Below are positions 1-9,889 of a stretch of 64,000 bases of DNA, one piece after another (within the stretch, counting starts at the first letter, position 1; each line of letters opens with the position of its first letter). Location of the stretch: IMG/VR virus record IMGVR_UViG_3300024272_000027; one strand, 5' to 3'. Under the pieces are notes generated by a model, which was given only the letters and a program-made list of their open reading frames with translations, searched no databases and had not been told where the DNA came from. This stretch comes from a virus. Taxonomy: Duplodnaviria > Heunggongvirae > Uroviricota > Caudoviricetes. The position numbers and the translations under genes are program-made.

Positions 1-195
1 TGTATTCAAAATTGTAAACCCACCAGGTCTCTTAAGAGATATCAAAGGTAGCTTAATAGGGTCATCATTTGTAGTATCAGCAATCGTTTCAAGTAAGCGT
101 CTTGAATCGCTGGGATTTACAACTGTAACAGCTGTGCCCTCAGTCCACGCTTTTAATTTTGCTACAAAAGCATCATCGTATAAACCAACGGACAT
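1..195 (-). CDS. partial CDS (runs off window start), possible tail terminator/sheath stabiliser (T4 gp15-like)
   Basis: Hand translation MSVGLYDDAFVAKLKAWTEG...IKLPLISLKRPGG; GGAGG RBS; TAATG overlap with upstream gene; position downstream of neck genes; LPLISL resembles gp15-type motif. Confidence 0.4.
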   Translation of the reverse strand, partial: MSVGLYDDAFVAKLKAWTEGTAVTVVNPSDSRRLLETIADTTNDDPIKLPLISLKRPGGFTILNT

Positions 196-623
196 TAAAT
201 ACCTCCGTAGAATAAATTTTCATACTGCTTGATATAATTATCAATATTAGCTATAACGCGTTGTATTGTGTCACTAATTATTGGATACCCTCGTACTTGT
301 AAATCGCCGTAGCAGACAAATCTGCTTAGTCTGCTTAAAGGTATATTTGTATTACTGACATAGATATTTGAAGGAACATATATTAGATAACAATCCTTCA
401 CTCTACGATATCTAAGGGTACGCACAACGCGTTGCATCTCGCGATACAAGTTAAAGTTTATTGAACGTATACTAAACTGCTCACTTGTCAATATACGGTC
501 ATTCAAATTACGTAACTTATAAGGTTTTATTGCAGTTGCACATTCTATTCTAATGACACTTAATAACCACTCCATAAAGTAATCATCAGTGTCTATTGTT
601 CGTTGAATGGTGAAAGTCATCAA
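195..623 (-). CDS. hypothetical virion-associated protein
   Basis: 142-aa ORF translationally coupled in neck/head-completion operon. Confidence 0.6.
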   Translation of the reverse strand: MMTFTIQRTIDTDDYFMEWLLSVIRIECATAIKPYKLRNLNDRILTSEQFSIRSINFNLYREMQRVVRTLRYRRVKDCYLIYVPSNIYVSNTNIPLSRLSRFVCYGDLQVRGYPIISDTIQRVIANIDNYIKQYENLFYGGI

Positions 624-1450
624 TCAGCACTCGCAATCTTTACCCAACTGCTTCCATCATATTCATAGAAACCTCTTCCTTGGGTCATTAAATCAGGATT
701 CTTTTTCAGTTCGTCATAACCTTTACCGTCACGACTGGCTCCAGGTCCATCGCCTCTAACAAACACTCGCATCCCTTTTTCAGGATTTTTGATGTCATCC
801 AGTGAGCCTACTTGAGCATTCTTAATTAAACGTTCTTTTTCTCGAGGTCCAATCTTTTCCGTTGAGGAGTTGCCATTCTCAGGGGACTTATCGTTCTCAC
901 TAGCATTACCTGACCAAGACTCAACTGTTCCAAATATTGTGTCCAAATTATCAGCTGTTGACTCATTTCCTGCGGGTTTTATTATACCTTTGTCATATAA
1001 TTGGTCAACAGATATCTTAGAAGTGTCTTTAAAATATCTAGTTAACCTTGAAGGGTCAAGAACTGTTTCAAATACATTAACTGTATACTGAAACTCTTGA
1101 GGATTTCTTTCATACAGACGTTTGTCTGTCAAATAACTATGATTCAAATCAATCAATCGTTTTTGATGCATATCTACAAGTATATCAAACAATTTATCAT
1201 CTGTTTTATTTAAAGGTACGGCTGATAAAAGTTTATCTGTAAAAGCTATGAAGGGATTCTGCTTAGGGTCAATACCGAATAACTTCAGTGATTTACGAAA
1301 AGGGTGCCACATATTCATAACAGCAGGAATATCATATCGCTGTAAGATGTCTGTAGCCATTTGACCTCTCACTTTATCCGAAGCAGAGTTCCATTTACTT
1401 ATCTCTTGAGCTGTTATGGAGGGCACCTTTTCAACTAATCTAAATCTCAT
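620..1450 (-). CDS. hypothetical protein, candidate internal head protein (leader MRFRLVE)
   Basis: 276-aa ORF with ATGA overlaps at both ends; N-terminus matches MKFKLFE/MKFKLVE leaders elsewhere in window. Confidence 0.65.
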   Translation of the reverse strand: MRFRLVEKVPSITAQEISKWNSASDKVRGQMATDILQRYDIPAVMNMWHPFRKSLKLFGIDPKQNPFIAFTDKLLSAVPLNKTDDKLFDILVDMHQKRLIDLNHSYLTDKRLYERNPQEFQYTVNVFETVLDPSRLTRYFKDTSKISVDQLYDKGIIKPAGNESTADNLDTIFGTVESWSGNASENDKSPENGNSSTEKIGPREKERLIKNAQVGSLDDIKNPEKGMRVFVRGDGPGASRDGKGYDELKKNPDLMTQGRGFYEYDGSSWVKIASAD

Positions 1451-1950
1451 AAGCGATAGTTTTCCTCCTTTAACAGATTAAATGAAGTATCTTTAAAATC
1501 GTTCAATGAAGAGTCATAAGTGTTTTCATATTCAGGGACTATCTCACACGCAATAGATGCAGGATATACCATTATATTTGTTATCTTTACAACCCTAAAT
1601 AAACGACCTTTTGCATCATCAATACCACTAGGAACTACAAACAACGCACCTTGCTCTAAGTTAGGCAAATCATATCTAACGTGTATAATAGACGCATTCT
1701 GTTGTAGTTCACTCACCCAACCAATTTTCTTCAAAGTTTGTTGGTCAGGATGCTCATTAAAAATACATCCTTCCAACATAGGTGGATGATAATTAGCATC
1801 AATCTCTGCATAAGTTGTGTATTTCTTACCAGGTTTAACTGCTCGGTATATAACATTTATGCCAAGCAGTTTAACCATCTCTTTGAAATAATTACGCTGT
1901 AACTTAATATCAGGCGTGAGCAGTATACCATATCTATTTTCAATATTCAT
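1447..1950 (-). CDS. head completion/neck protein (T4 gp14-like)
   Basis: 167 aa; 'QRNYFKEMVKLLGINVIYR' start and 'GRLFRVVKI' strand resemble gp14-type proteins; synteny with gp13-like gene. Confidence 0.55.
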   Translation of the reverse strand: MNIENRYGILLTPDIKLQRNYFKEMVKLLGINVIYRAVKPGKKYTTYAEIDANYHPPMLEGCIFNEHPDQQTLKKIGWVSELQQNASIIHVRYDLPNLEQGALFVVPSGIDDAKGRLFRVVKITNIMVYPASIACEIVPEYENTYDSSLNDFKDTSFNLLKEENYRL

Positions 1951-1970
1951 ATGATATCACTCTTTCTTGA

Positions 1971-3725
1971 TTATTCGTATTCTACATAACCTTCTTGATG
2001 TAAGAATTCACCTACATCATCATCTGACATCCATTTAACAAATGCCATTAACATTCTTGTTTTACCGTCAGGACTTAGTTCACTGATGATTTCATAAGCC
2101 GCATCTTTATTTGGGGTAGGTGTGAATGTTTCATTTAAGCAACTCATACCACGCTTTTTATAACTGTCAGCCATTCTATCATCAATTTCTCCTACGCTGT
2201 TTATCTTAGGATATTTGTCGCCTTTAATCTTCATATAAGTATCTTTTGCTGCTTGCTCAGAAGTAGCTTTTACCATAACAACAGAATTTACACCATTACT
2301 GTCATATCCCACTGTGTAGTAAGATTCAGATAATGATTCTTTCTTGTCACGTCTTAAAAGTGCATTGATGCTATTCTGTGCGTCACTTAATTGATTTAAG
2401 TAGTTTTGCATCTCAGCTTCGTACTTAGCAACTTCTGCACCATTTTCAGCATCAGCAAGACGTTTTTCATAATAATCAATTCTATGTTGAATATCCCATA
2501 ATTGAGACTTAAGTTTTGAAAGCTCTTTCTTAGCGTAATCGTACTCGCTTGAGTTAGAAGCATTTGCTTTCAAGTCAGCAACTTTTGCTGCTGCACGGTC
2601 TATATAGCCTTGTGTGCTCCTCATATCCTTCTTCAACTGTTTGAAAGTTCTCACAGCACTTGTAGCCTCAATGTTTGAAGCGTAGTTACGAGCGTCAGCT
2701 CTTCTATCACGCTTATACTGTATATCTTTCAAACGTTTACTTTCGTATTCATCTATATCAGCTGAATACTTTGCTTTGTATTTCTCATACTCATTACGTG
2801 AAATGTCTCCAGCTTCCCAACGAGCTTCTAAATCAGCTAATCTATCTTTAGCACGTTGATGATATTTCTTTTCAAAATCACCATAACTGCCCCAACCATC
2901 TCTACGATGTTTACCTAATTCAAGATTAGCATCACGTTGAGAACCAAAACGACCTGAAGGGTCATATTCGTCGCTCTTAAAACGACCATCTTCTCCGACG
3001 CCTAAACGAGCTTTCATCTTTTCAGGGTCAACTGTTTTTTCATCAGCTACGTAAAGTTTATCAGCAACACTTAGGATATGTTTTAGTGGCACATATTTGC
3101 TATTGTATTCATCTCTACCAGTACGGGTTGTGTATTTCTTGTTGTGTGGTAGATATTGGATATAATTGTCTTGAGTACCATCATTATAGAAAGTAACAAG
3201 CTCACCGTTTACAAGTGCTTTAACTGTTGAAAGGGTTCCTTCTTTCTTCATTGCTAAAGCTTGTTCAGGTGTGATTTCTGTATATTCACTGTTCTCAAAA
3301 TCAACTTTACCCATTGAGTCATAGTTACGAGTAGCATAACTATGTACTCTTGACTTATCATAAGCTTTTGCCAAATCTTTAGGGATACGTTCTTGAAGTG
3401 GCTCAACACTTTCGTCAACTACATCCTCAGTTTTGATGCCGGCTACAATAGCTTCAATAGTTGCTTTAGGGTCTCTTTCTGTAAAGAGATGGTTGAATAT
3501 ATCAACATCAGTTACAGTATACCAAGGCTCATCTGGATAGAAATTCTCAATAACATTCTGGAAAGCTATCTCATATGATTTGATATTTGAATCACCACGA
3601 GCAGCTAATTCATCAGCAGCTTGTTGTAATGCTGCTTTAATATCTGTGGAAGGGTCTGCAACCGCATAGTTTTCAGGACTTTCATAAAGTTTCTTAAAAC
3701 TTTCATTTATGCGTTTTAAACTCAT
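1971..3725 (-). CDS. large modular protein with coiled coil, candidate internal head protein
   Basis: 584 aa; leader MSLKRINESFKKLYES; internal sites PLQE, ESLSE, CLNE; heptad-rich segment in C-terminal half. Confidence 0.7.
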   Translation of the reverse strand: MSLKRINESFKKLYESPENYAVADPSTDIKAALQQAADELAARGDSNIKSYEIAFQNVIENFYPDEPWYTVTDVDIFNHLFTERDPKATIEAIVAGIKTEDVVDESVEPLQERIPKDLAKAYDKSRVHSYATRNYDSMGKVDFENSEYTEITPEQALAMKKEGTLSTVKALVNGELVTFYNDGTQDNYIQYLPHNKKYTTRTGRDEYNSKYVPLKHILSVADKLYVADEKTVDPEKMKARLGVGEDGRFKSDEYDPSGRFGSQRDANLELGKHRRDGWGSYGDFEKKYHQRAKDRLADLEARWEAGDISRNEYEKYKAKYSADIDEYESKRLKDIQYKRDRRADARNYASNIEATSAVRTFKQLKKDMRSTQGYIDRAAAKVADLKANASNSSEYDYAKKELSKLKSQLWDIQHRIDYYEKRLADAENGAEVAKYEAEMQNYLNQLSDAQNSINALLRRDKKESLSESYYTVGYDSNGVNSVVMVKATSEQAAKDTYMKIKGDKYPKINSVGEIDDRMADSYKKRGMSCLNETFTPTPNKDAAYEIISELSPDGKTRMLMAFVKWMSDDDVGEFLHQEGYVEYE

Positions 3726-3736
3726 TCAAATCCTCC

Positions 3737-5362
3737 TTAACCTTTTATTGTGCCATAAATACGAGTTGAATTACCAGCTGTATCTTTTGCTTTATAATTG
3801 TAGTTGAATGACTCAGTAATAAACTTTCCTTCGTCTATTCTACCTTTTAGTGTGAAGGCTTTCTTACCTCTAGTAAGTTGTGTGTTTTCACCAATAAATC
3901 TGTATTTGCCTGATTTTGTAAAATCTTTTGCTTCAAAGATAAAAGATGTTTTCTTTTTAGCGCCTGAGTTAAAAGTGATAACACCTTCAAGTATTATCTT
4001 ATCATCTTTCATTGAACAATCCGTAGTTTTATATGATTGAACATTTTCATAAACTTTCTTAAGATAGCCTTCTCCAAGTCCGTCAAAAGTCTCATCATCA
4101 AACTCATCAAGCTCAACATCGCTAAATTCATCCTCAACAGCACCGTTTAATAATTCGTCTTCGTGCTCATCTGTTAAAGGGGTAATAACTTCAGCACCAT
4201 CTACAGGAGTCTCTTCAGCTGTTTTTGGTTCAGTAGTAACTGTAACTTTACCGCTATCATCAGTGTTAACATTAACAATGCTATCATCTGTTTCAACATT
4301 TACATTGTTAACTGATTCTTTAATAGATTTAGATTCATCAAGTGATGAATCATCAAAATCAAATACGATATTGACGTATGCGCGATTCCATTTTGCCTTA
4401 TTCATTCTATCGGCACTCTCAATATACTTAAATTTAGTTCCATCAGTAATTTTAATAATCTCGGCTTCAACTATATCGCGTTCTTTATTGCTATCTGCAA
4501 CTACTTCACAGCCTAGCTTTTTATAGGCATTTATAATAAAATCAACCTCAGGATATTTATCCTTTATAGGTGTAATTAAATTATTAAATTCCGAAGTAAC
4601 TGACTCAGATTCTTTAATAGATTTAGATTCATTAAGTGGTGTATCATCAACAGATTCCATCTTTGTTCCCATACCATCGCCTTTTAAAATGATGTTATAA
4701 AGGAACTGAGCTGCACGAGTACCTGGCATTTTAGCTAACTTAGCTTTGATATTTTGTAGATACCCTTTATTCTTAACTTCAGGTTCAATTGAATCTAAGA
4801 AACTAATTGCTGATGCTGTGTCATACACATTAGCTAATTCATCACTATGTGCAGCCATAACGTTACTTAGAGTACCGCCGATGCCTGACATTGGTCTGTC
4901 TAAAGTAGCAACTGCTTCCTGTAACGATTCTTCAACAACGTCGTCATCTTTATTATCAGTATCTGCAGGTTTAGCATCATCATCTGTATCAGTACTGTCT
5001 TCTGATTCTCCAGTTTTACCACCGAAAGCTGATACTTCACCCATAACCTTAAATCCGCCCACAGTGTAGCAGTACGGACATTCTTCTTCAACATTAGCTA
5101 ATGTCTGGTCGTCATTTAGTTCAATTTCTTCAAGGTCTTTAAACAACTTTGAATGACAAGTTGTACAATCAAGAATTACCTTTCCAACATATGAGTCTTC
5201 TAAATCTCCCTCTGTTTCAGCTTCGGGGTCGATAACTGAAATGTCATCCGCTAAGTCATCATTTTGCTCAAATTCGGCAAGTTTAGCGATACCATCATCT
5301 GAAACAGAGAAGGTATCTTCGTTTAAAGCATTCAATGCTCTAAAAGCTTCTGTTAACTTCAT
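3737..5362 (-). CDS. acidic Zn-binding modular protein, candidate prohead core/internal protein
   Basis: 541 aa; leader MKLTEAF..ALNE; CTTC...CPYC pairs; two ESKSIKES linkers. Confidence 0.7.
   Translation of the reverse strand: MKLTEAFRALNALNEDTFSVSDDGIAKLAEFEQNDDLADDISVIDPEAETEGDLEDSYVGKVILDCTTCHSKLFKDLEEIELNDDQTLANVEEECPYCYTVGGFKVMGEVSAFGGKTGESEDSTDTDDDAKPADTDNKDDDVVEESLQEAVATLDRPMSGIGGTLSNVMAAHSDELANVYDTASAISFLDSIEPEVKNKGYLQNIKAKLAKMPGTRAAQFLYNIILKGDGMGTKMESVDDTPLNESKSIKESESVTSEFNNLITPIKDKYPEVDFIINAYKKLGCEVVADSNKERDIVEAEIIKITDGTKFKYIESADRMNKAKWNRAYVNIVFDFDDSSLDESKSIKESVNNVNVETDDSIVNVNTDDSGKVTVTTEPKTAEETPVDGAEVITPLTDEHEDELLNGAVEDEFSDVELDEFDDETFDGLGEGYLKKVYENVQSYKTTDCSMKDDKIILEGVITFNSGAKKKTSFIFEAKDFTKSGKYRFIGENTQLTRGKKAFTLKGRIDEGKFITESFNYNYKAKDTAGNSTRIYGTIKG
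4314..4632. repeat. 25-bp perfect direct repeat (4314-4338, 4608-4632) flanking an in-frame 98-codon module
   Basis: gattctttaatagatttagattcat at both positions, 294 bp apart; encodes ESKSIKES on minus strand. Confidence 0.95.
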
Positions 5363-5400
5363 ATGAACAATCTCCTTATCGTAGTTTATAATTACATTTG

Positions 5401-5410
5401 TAAATACAAT
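5401..5410 (-). promoter_or_regulatory. putative late promoter motif ATTGTATTTA
   Basis: One of ten ATTGTATW copies upstream of structural genes. Confidence 0.55.
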
Positions 5411-6121
5411 TTAGTCAAGAGGGTAAAGTAACTGAGTATTTTGCTGTAAGTATGTTCTTAACTCGCTTAACTCAGATTGACCTTCTTGTAACATTGCTGC
5501 TGCATCTGATGTCCAAAGTGCATTACTTTGTGTGAATCTTCCTCTAATACGTCCTAAGGTTATTTTAGTTAACGCTTTTGATAGACGCATTAAAACATCA
5601 ATCCAGAAGTCAGAAGTTATCTCACTAACATCATCATAGCGTGGAATGTATTCAATAGTTACTTGTGAGCCTGAATCCAGACGCGTGTTTATGTATAAAC
5701 GCTTTTCTGCATCCTCGTAGTACCAAGCTAAATCAGTAGACAATGTATTACTAACTTGCTGTATTGTACTCCAAGAAGCAAATCGGTTTACATAATCACT
5801 AAAATTATACATATTTCCTACACCTGATGTTAGTTGCCATAATCCTATCTGCATCGGGTCAATTCCTGACTCGGGTTGTTGACTTGTCGTACCAGAAGCT
5901 TGTGCTCTATATACACGAGCTATAGCATTTACTTTCTGTTTTGACATATCAATACACTTTTCATAAGGCACAGTAACAATTCTTGTTGAACAAATGTATC
6001 TTTGTAATTCTCTCAGTGCTGAATTAACTATCTGCATAATTGTTTCGTCACCGATTTCGAGTTCGAGAACACCACCAGTAACACTGAGTTTTATTTCATC
6101 GACATATGCACGCATATCCAT
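5411..6121 (-). CDS. neck protein (T4 gp13-like)
   Basis: 'LSVTGGVLELEI..TIMQIVNSALRELQRY', 'ALTKITLGRIRGRF'; directly downstream of MCP; start moved to MDMRAY (GAGGAG RBS). Confidence 0.65.
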   Translation of the reverse strand: MDMRAYVDEIKLSVTGGVLELEIGDETIMQIVNSALRELQRYICSTRIVTVPYEKCIDMSKQKVNAIARVYRAQASGTTSQQPESGIDPMQIGLWQLTSGVGNMYNFSDYVNRFASWSTIQQVSNTLSTDLAWYYEDAEKRLYINTRLDSGSQVTIEYIPRYDDVSEITSDFWIDVLMRLSKALTKITLGRIRGRFTQSNALWTSDAAAMLQEGQSELSELRTYLQQNTQLLYPLD

Positions 6122-6158
6122 ACAGTGATATCTCCTCTCATAATGATAGTTATATTCA

Positions 6159-6168
6159 TTTATACAAT
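6159..6168 (-). promoter_or_regulatory. putative late promoter motif ATTGTATAAA
   Basis: Upstream of gp13-like start, downstream of MCP terminator. Confidence 0.55.
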
Positions 6169-6185
6169 TAGTTGTTATATACAAA

Positions 6186-6219
6186 AATAATGCGTAGCAT
6201 ATTTCAGCTACGCATTATT
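6186..6219 (-). terminator. intrinsic terminator after major capsid gene
   Basis: aataatgcgtagc / gctacgcattatt 13-bp inverted repeat followed by T run on minus strand. Confidence 0.85.
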
Positions 6220-6239
6220 ATTATAAACTAAAACTTAAA

Positions 6240-7670
6240 CTAGTTAATTGTGTCAGCTGTGATTTCATTACCAGGGATGAATTCACCAGCAACAAGTAAC
6301 CAAGAATAATCTCCAACGTCAGGAGTTTCTGCACCTGTGTTAAGTTCCTCAATGTCAACTCTCTTACCATCAACAATCTTGTATGTTGAAAGAAGTTTCA
6401 TATCATACATTGTTGAGAAGCCTTGACTCATTGTACCATCAGCAAATCCAAGAAGCTGTGTAGGAACGATTGCCATATAAGGAGCATATACACCAGCTGA
6501 TGTCTGTAAATCAGAACCATTAACGCCGAAGAAGAATCTGTTCTCATCAATTGAAGGAGAAACAAATACTTTTAATCCATCAACAGTACCAGCAAGGTAA
6601 GGTCCATTGATTGTTGAAACAGAAGCTGCATTCCATCCAGGTAAATAAGGAAGAATTGTAAGGATGTTTGCACCAACTACCATATAGTTAGGAGCGAACT
6701 TCTGAGTTCTTTGATAGATGATTTTCTTAGCACGAGCAATGATTTCAGTAAATGTCTCATAGTACTGTGAACGACTTACGTAAGTACCATTACCATTTTT
6801 CTTAACGTGCTCATCATAGCTTTCAAATCTTAATGAACGGTCAAGTTCTGCACCCTTGTTAAGCATAAATACGCCTTCGGTATCAATCTCATAAGCAAGT
6901 TCGCCTTGAGCTTGAGTGCTTAACTGCTCACCGATGTCATAACCGTAATCAGTCTTAGCTTGGAAAGCAGCGATTTGGCTGTAGTAAACAGCAATTCTAC
7001 GAGCGTGTGCGTGTAATTGCATATAGCTCATTTTAGCTTTCAATGTAGGAATAGCGTTTCCGTTGTTACCTTCTTGAGGAATGATAACGTTGTCATAAGT
7101 ATAAGCAACTTTACCTTTTGAAGGTGCTTCATACTTACCATCTTCACCTGCTGTTAAAGGAGTGTAAGCAGTTGCACCGTCAGCACAGAATTTAACTGAG
7201 CCTGCAACTGGTTCCCAAGCAAATGCGATTGTTCCAGCTTCAACAGGTTCTACAATCTTATCAGATGTGTAGTTAACTCTGTCTTCAGTCATCTTAGGAT
7301 GTCTGTAAACGCCGTTGAATAAATCACCGTCTGTAACTCCACCTTTAGTTACACCAGCAGTATAACGTAGATATGTGATGTATCCAGTGATAGAGCTCAT
7401 TGGTTGAGTTAACATTAAATCTGGAAGAATTAAGTTAGGAAGTGCAACAGTTGAAACGTTTAAGCAAAATCTCTTGTAATCGCCAAGAGCGCTTCTTTGT
7501 GTAGCTGCACTGTTGTCAAATGCTTCGTTGATGAATTTGCTTGTATTGTTTAATACAGAAGCAATAAGAAGCTTTTTGTTAGCACTCATACGAGCACCAT
7601 TGTGTGACTTCTGATGAACAGATTCAGAAATAGAAAGTCTGTTCTTATAAGATTCTAATAAAGTAGCCAT
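6240..7670 (-). CDS. major capsid protein (T4 gp23-like)
   Basis: 476 aa; TQPMSSITGYITYLRY, HARRIAVYYSQ..QAKTDYGYDIGEQLSTQAQGELAYEIDTE, AGVYAPY match gp23-family motifs. Confidence 0.93.
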   Translation of the reverse strand: MATLLESYKNRLSISESVHQKSHNGARMSANKKLLIASVLNNTSKFINEAFDNSAATQRSALGDYKRFCLNVSTVALPNLILPDLMLTQPMSSITGYITYLRYTAGVTKGGVTDGDLFNGVYRHPKMTEDRVNYTSDKIVEPVEAGTIAFAWEPVAGSVKFCADGATAYTPLTAGEDGKYEAPSKGKVAYTYDNVIIPQEGNNGNAIPTLKAKMSYMQLHAHARRIAVYYSQIAAFQAKTDYGYDIGEQLSTQAQGELAYEIDTEGVFMLNKGAELDRSLRFESYDEHVKKNGNGTYVSRSQYYETFTEIIARAKKIIYQRTQKFAPNYMVVGANILTILPYLPGWNAASVSTINGPYLAGTVDGLKVFVSPSIDENRFFFGVNGSDLQTSAGVYAPYMAIVPTQLLGFADGTMSQGFSTMYDMKLLSTYKIVDGKRVDIEELNTGAETPDVGDYSWLLVAGEFIPGNEITADTIN

Positions 7671-7691
7671 TCTATAATGTCCTTTCGTAGT

Positions 7692-9218
7692 TTAGTTAAT
7701 TAAATTAAATAGTGAACTATCAACTACATCATCAGGATTTGTAAATCTTTGAGTAGATGTGTCTTCTTTCAAAGTTACACGGCTAATATTTGCATTACCT
7801 AATTCAAATGGTAACTTGTTCATATTACGTTTATAACTTCTCAAACCCTCGCAAACAGAATCAATATCATCGAAAGAATATCCCTCGCTTAATCGGTTCT
7901 TTATTTCGTTTGCTGTGATTCCTAAGTTAAGAGCTTTACTGTGAATATAGCGGTCAACAGCTTCGGCAGCTTGCTTTCTATAAGACTCAACTAATTCATT
8001 ACTGCGACTTAACTTTTGTGCATACTGTGAATTCTTTATCTGAGAATCAGTCTTTAAAGACTCAAGTTCTTCTTTTAAAGCTTTCACTTCTGCTTGAGCA
8101 CTATTACGTGCTCTTTGAACGCTTTCATTTAACTTTTTGTTCTCAGCTTGTAGTTCTAAGATTCGTGTGTCACGCTGTGAAACACTTTCTTTTAACCCTA
8201 ACCTTGACTTACGTGCGGCTTGAAACTTGGTTTGATAAGATTCAATAATACCTTTACGTTCATCAGCTAAATTACTCACAGACTCAAGTTGCTCTTTCAT
8301 CGACTTAAGTTGATTACTTAAGGCTTGAGCTTTGCTTACTGACTCAGATAATCTCTTAACTGCGTCTTTCAACTTTGTGTTCTCTTCTTGTAGACGACTC
8401 TCTTTAGTATAACTAACTGACAGTTTTTCGTGAAGAGTAACAACCTGTCTCTGTAAGCTATGGTTTTCTTTTAAAGCTTCCTGAAGTTCGTTTACTAAAT
8501 TTGTTCCGTCATCGTCGGCTACGCCTTCTTCAACTTTCTCAGTTTCTTCTGTCTTTGTTTCATCAGAAGAGTCGCTATAATCAATATCAAGATTATCAAG
8601 TGTCTCGGTCATTATTTTCCTGTCTTCAACACTTGCTCTCTCTAATGATTCGCGTAAAGCTTTCTTAAAGTTAATTTTATTTGTGTCTAATGATTCTGCT
8701 AACTGTAATCTTGCATCTTTACAAGCGGGAAGTAGCACTAAATCAAAAGCATTGAATGAATAAGTATCCTCATCAACAATTTCTTCGTTACCATCAAAAT
8801 AAGTATCGCCAGAACCTCTTGATGAAATACCAAGATTAAATCCATACTTTGCTAACGCATAAGCAATACGTCCACAAGGAGTATCGATTATATCAAAATA
8901 GCCAACTAATTTACCATCAGGCCCTTTAGTGGGAGGCTCAGGCATCATAATTGCTATCTTTTCTGAATTTGTTTCATCTCTGTCTGTTGGGTGGTCAAGT
9001 TCACCTGGAACACCGCCCTGAGCAAACATTTCTTTTGTTAAAGGATTATCAAAAACCTTCTCCCATAATGATTCAGTATAACGTCTTTCATTACGTGTAG
9101 GTTTAATTACATCAGCGATTGGCCCATATAAACGACCTAGAATACCTCTACGCTGTTTTTCTTCGGGTGATAACTCTTTAAACTTCAGTTCAACATTTTC
9201 TGTAAAACTCTCTAACAT
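7692..9218 (-). CDS. prohead protease (T4 gp21-like) fused to coiled-coil scaffold
   Basis: GELDHP, LGISSRGSG, FDLV..P motifs in first ~170 aa; ~300-aa coiled coil after. Confidence 0.9.
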   Translation of the reverse strand: MLESFTENVELKFKELSPEEKQRRGILGRLYGPIADVIKPTRNERRYTESLWEKVFDNPLTKEMFAQGGVPGELDHPTDRDETNSEKIAIMMPEPPTKGPDGKLVGYFDIIDTPCGRIAYALAKYGFNLGISSRGSGDTYFDGNEEIVDEDTYSFNAFDLVLLPACKDARLQLAESLDTNKINFKKALRESLERASVEDRKIMTETLDNLDIDYSDSSDETKTEETEKVEEGVADDDGTNLVNELQEALKENHSLQRQVVTLHEKLSVSYTKESRLQEENTKLKDAVKRLSESVSKAQALSNQLKSMKEQLESVSNLADERKGIIESYQTKFQAARKSRLGLKESVSQRDTRILELQAENKKLNESVQRARNSAQAEVKALKEELESLKTDSQIKNSQYAQKLSRSNELVESYRKQAAEAVDRYIHSKALNLGITANEIKNRLSEGYSFDDIDSVCEGLRSYKRNMNKLPFELGNANISRVTLKEDTSTQRFTNPDDVVDSSLFNLIN

Positions 9219-9265
9219 TGTTACCTACTTATCACCTTTCTAATCATATTAACTGTAATCAAAAT

Positions 9266-9275
9266 ATAATACAAT
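9266..9275 (-). promoter_or_regulatory. putative late promoter motif ATTGTATTAT
   Basis: Upstream of protease-scaffold gene. Confidence 0.5.
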
Positions 9276-9393
9276 TTAATTTAGATAAAAAATTTCTGAA
9301 GTTAGTTGGAACACTAAAAATTATAAATATAATAATATATGTAAATTAAGTAAGTTAAGTAAATAAAGTAATTTACTTATATATGTATATTAC

Positions 9394-9855
9394 TTATATT
9401 ACTTTATTTAGACTTTCTAATGCTTTTAAATCTGCCTTGATTAACTTTAGTAATGTTATACATAATGTCAAATCATATGTCTTAAAATAGTTATTCAATA
9501 CTCTGCTAATTTCTTCAGCCCTTGAATGTTTTAAAAACAATTCTTTATCTTCAACTGTGTTACTATGTAACAATATCTGTGTTAGTAAACTTGCTAAAGT
9601 TACAACTATATCTCTAGGTTCTTTTTCATCAACTTGTACAATACATTTGTAAAGTTTTGACCTCTTATTATTATAGTTAATTCTAAGTTTATCATAGAAG
9701 TTCAACACATCAAATGTTTTATAGCTATTTATGAATTTCAACACCTCTAAATCAATAGAGGTGTTTTTAACAACTTTATTTACTGCATCTTTAGTGTCAA
9801 CTCCTGAATCTGATAATTCAGCAAGTAACATTAAACAGTCATTCTTTGTAATCAT
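9394..9855 (-). CDS. hypothetical helical protein between portal and protease
   Basis: 153-aa ORF with AAGGAG RBS. Confidence 0.7.
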   Translation of the reverse strand: MITKNDCLMLLAELSDSGVDTKDAVNKVVKNTSIDLEVLKFINSYKTFDVLNFYDKLRINYNNKRSKLYKCIVQVDEKEPRDIVVTLASLLTQILLHSNTVEDKELFLKHSRAEEISRVLNNYFKTYDLTLCITLLKLIKADLKALESLNKVI

Positions 9856-9889
9856 CTTTTGTTATCTCCTTTTGGTATAACCAACAAGT

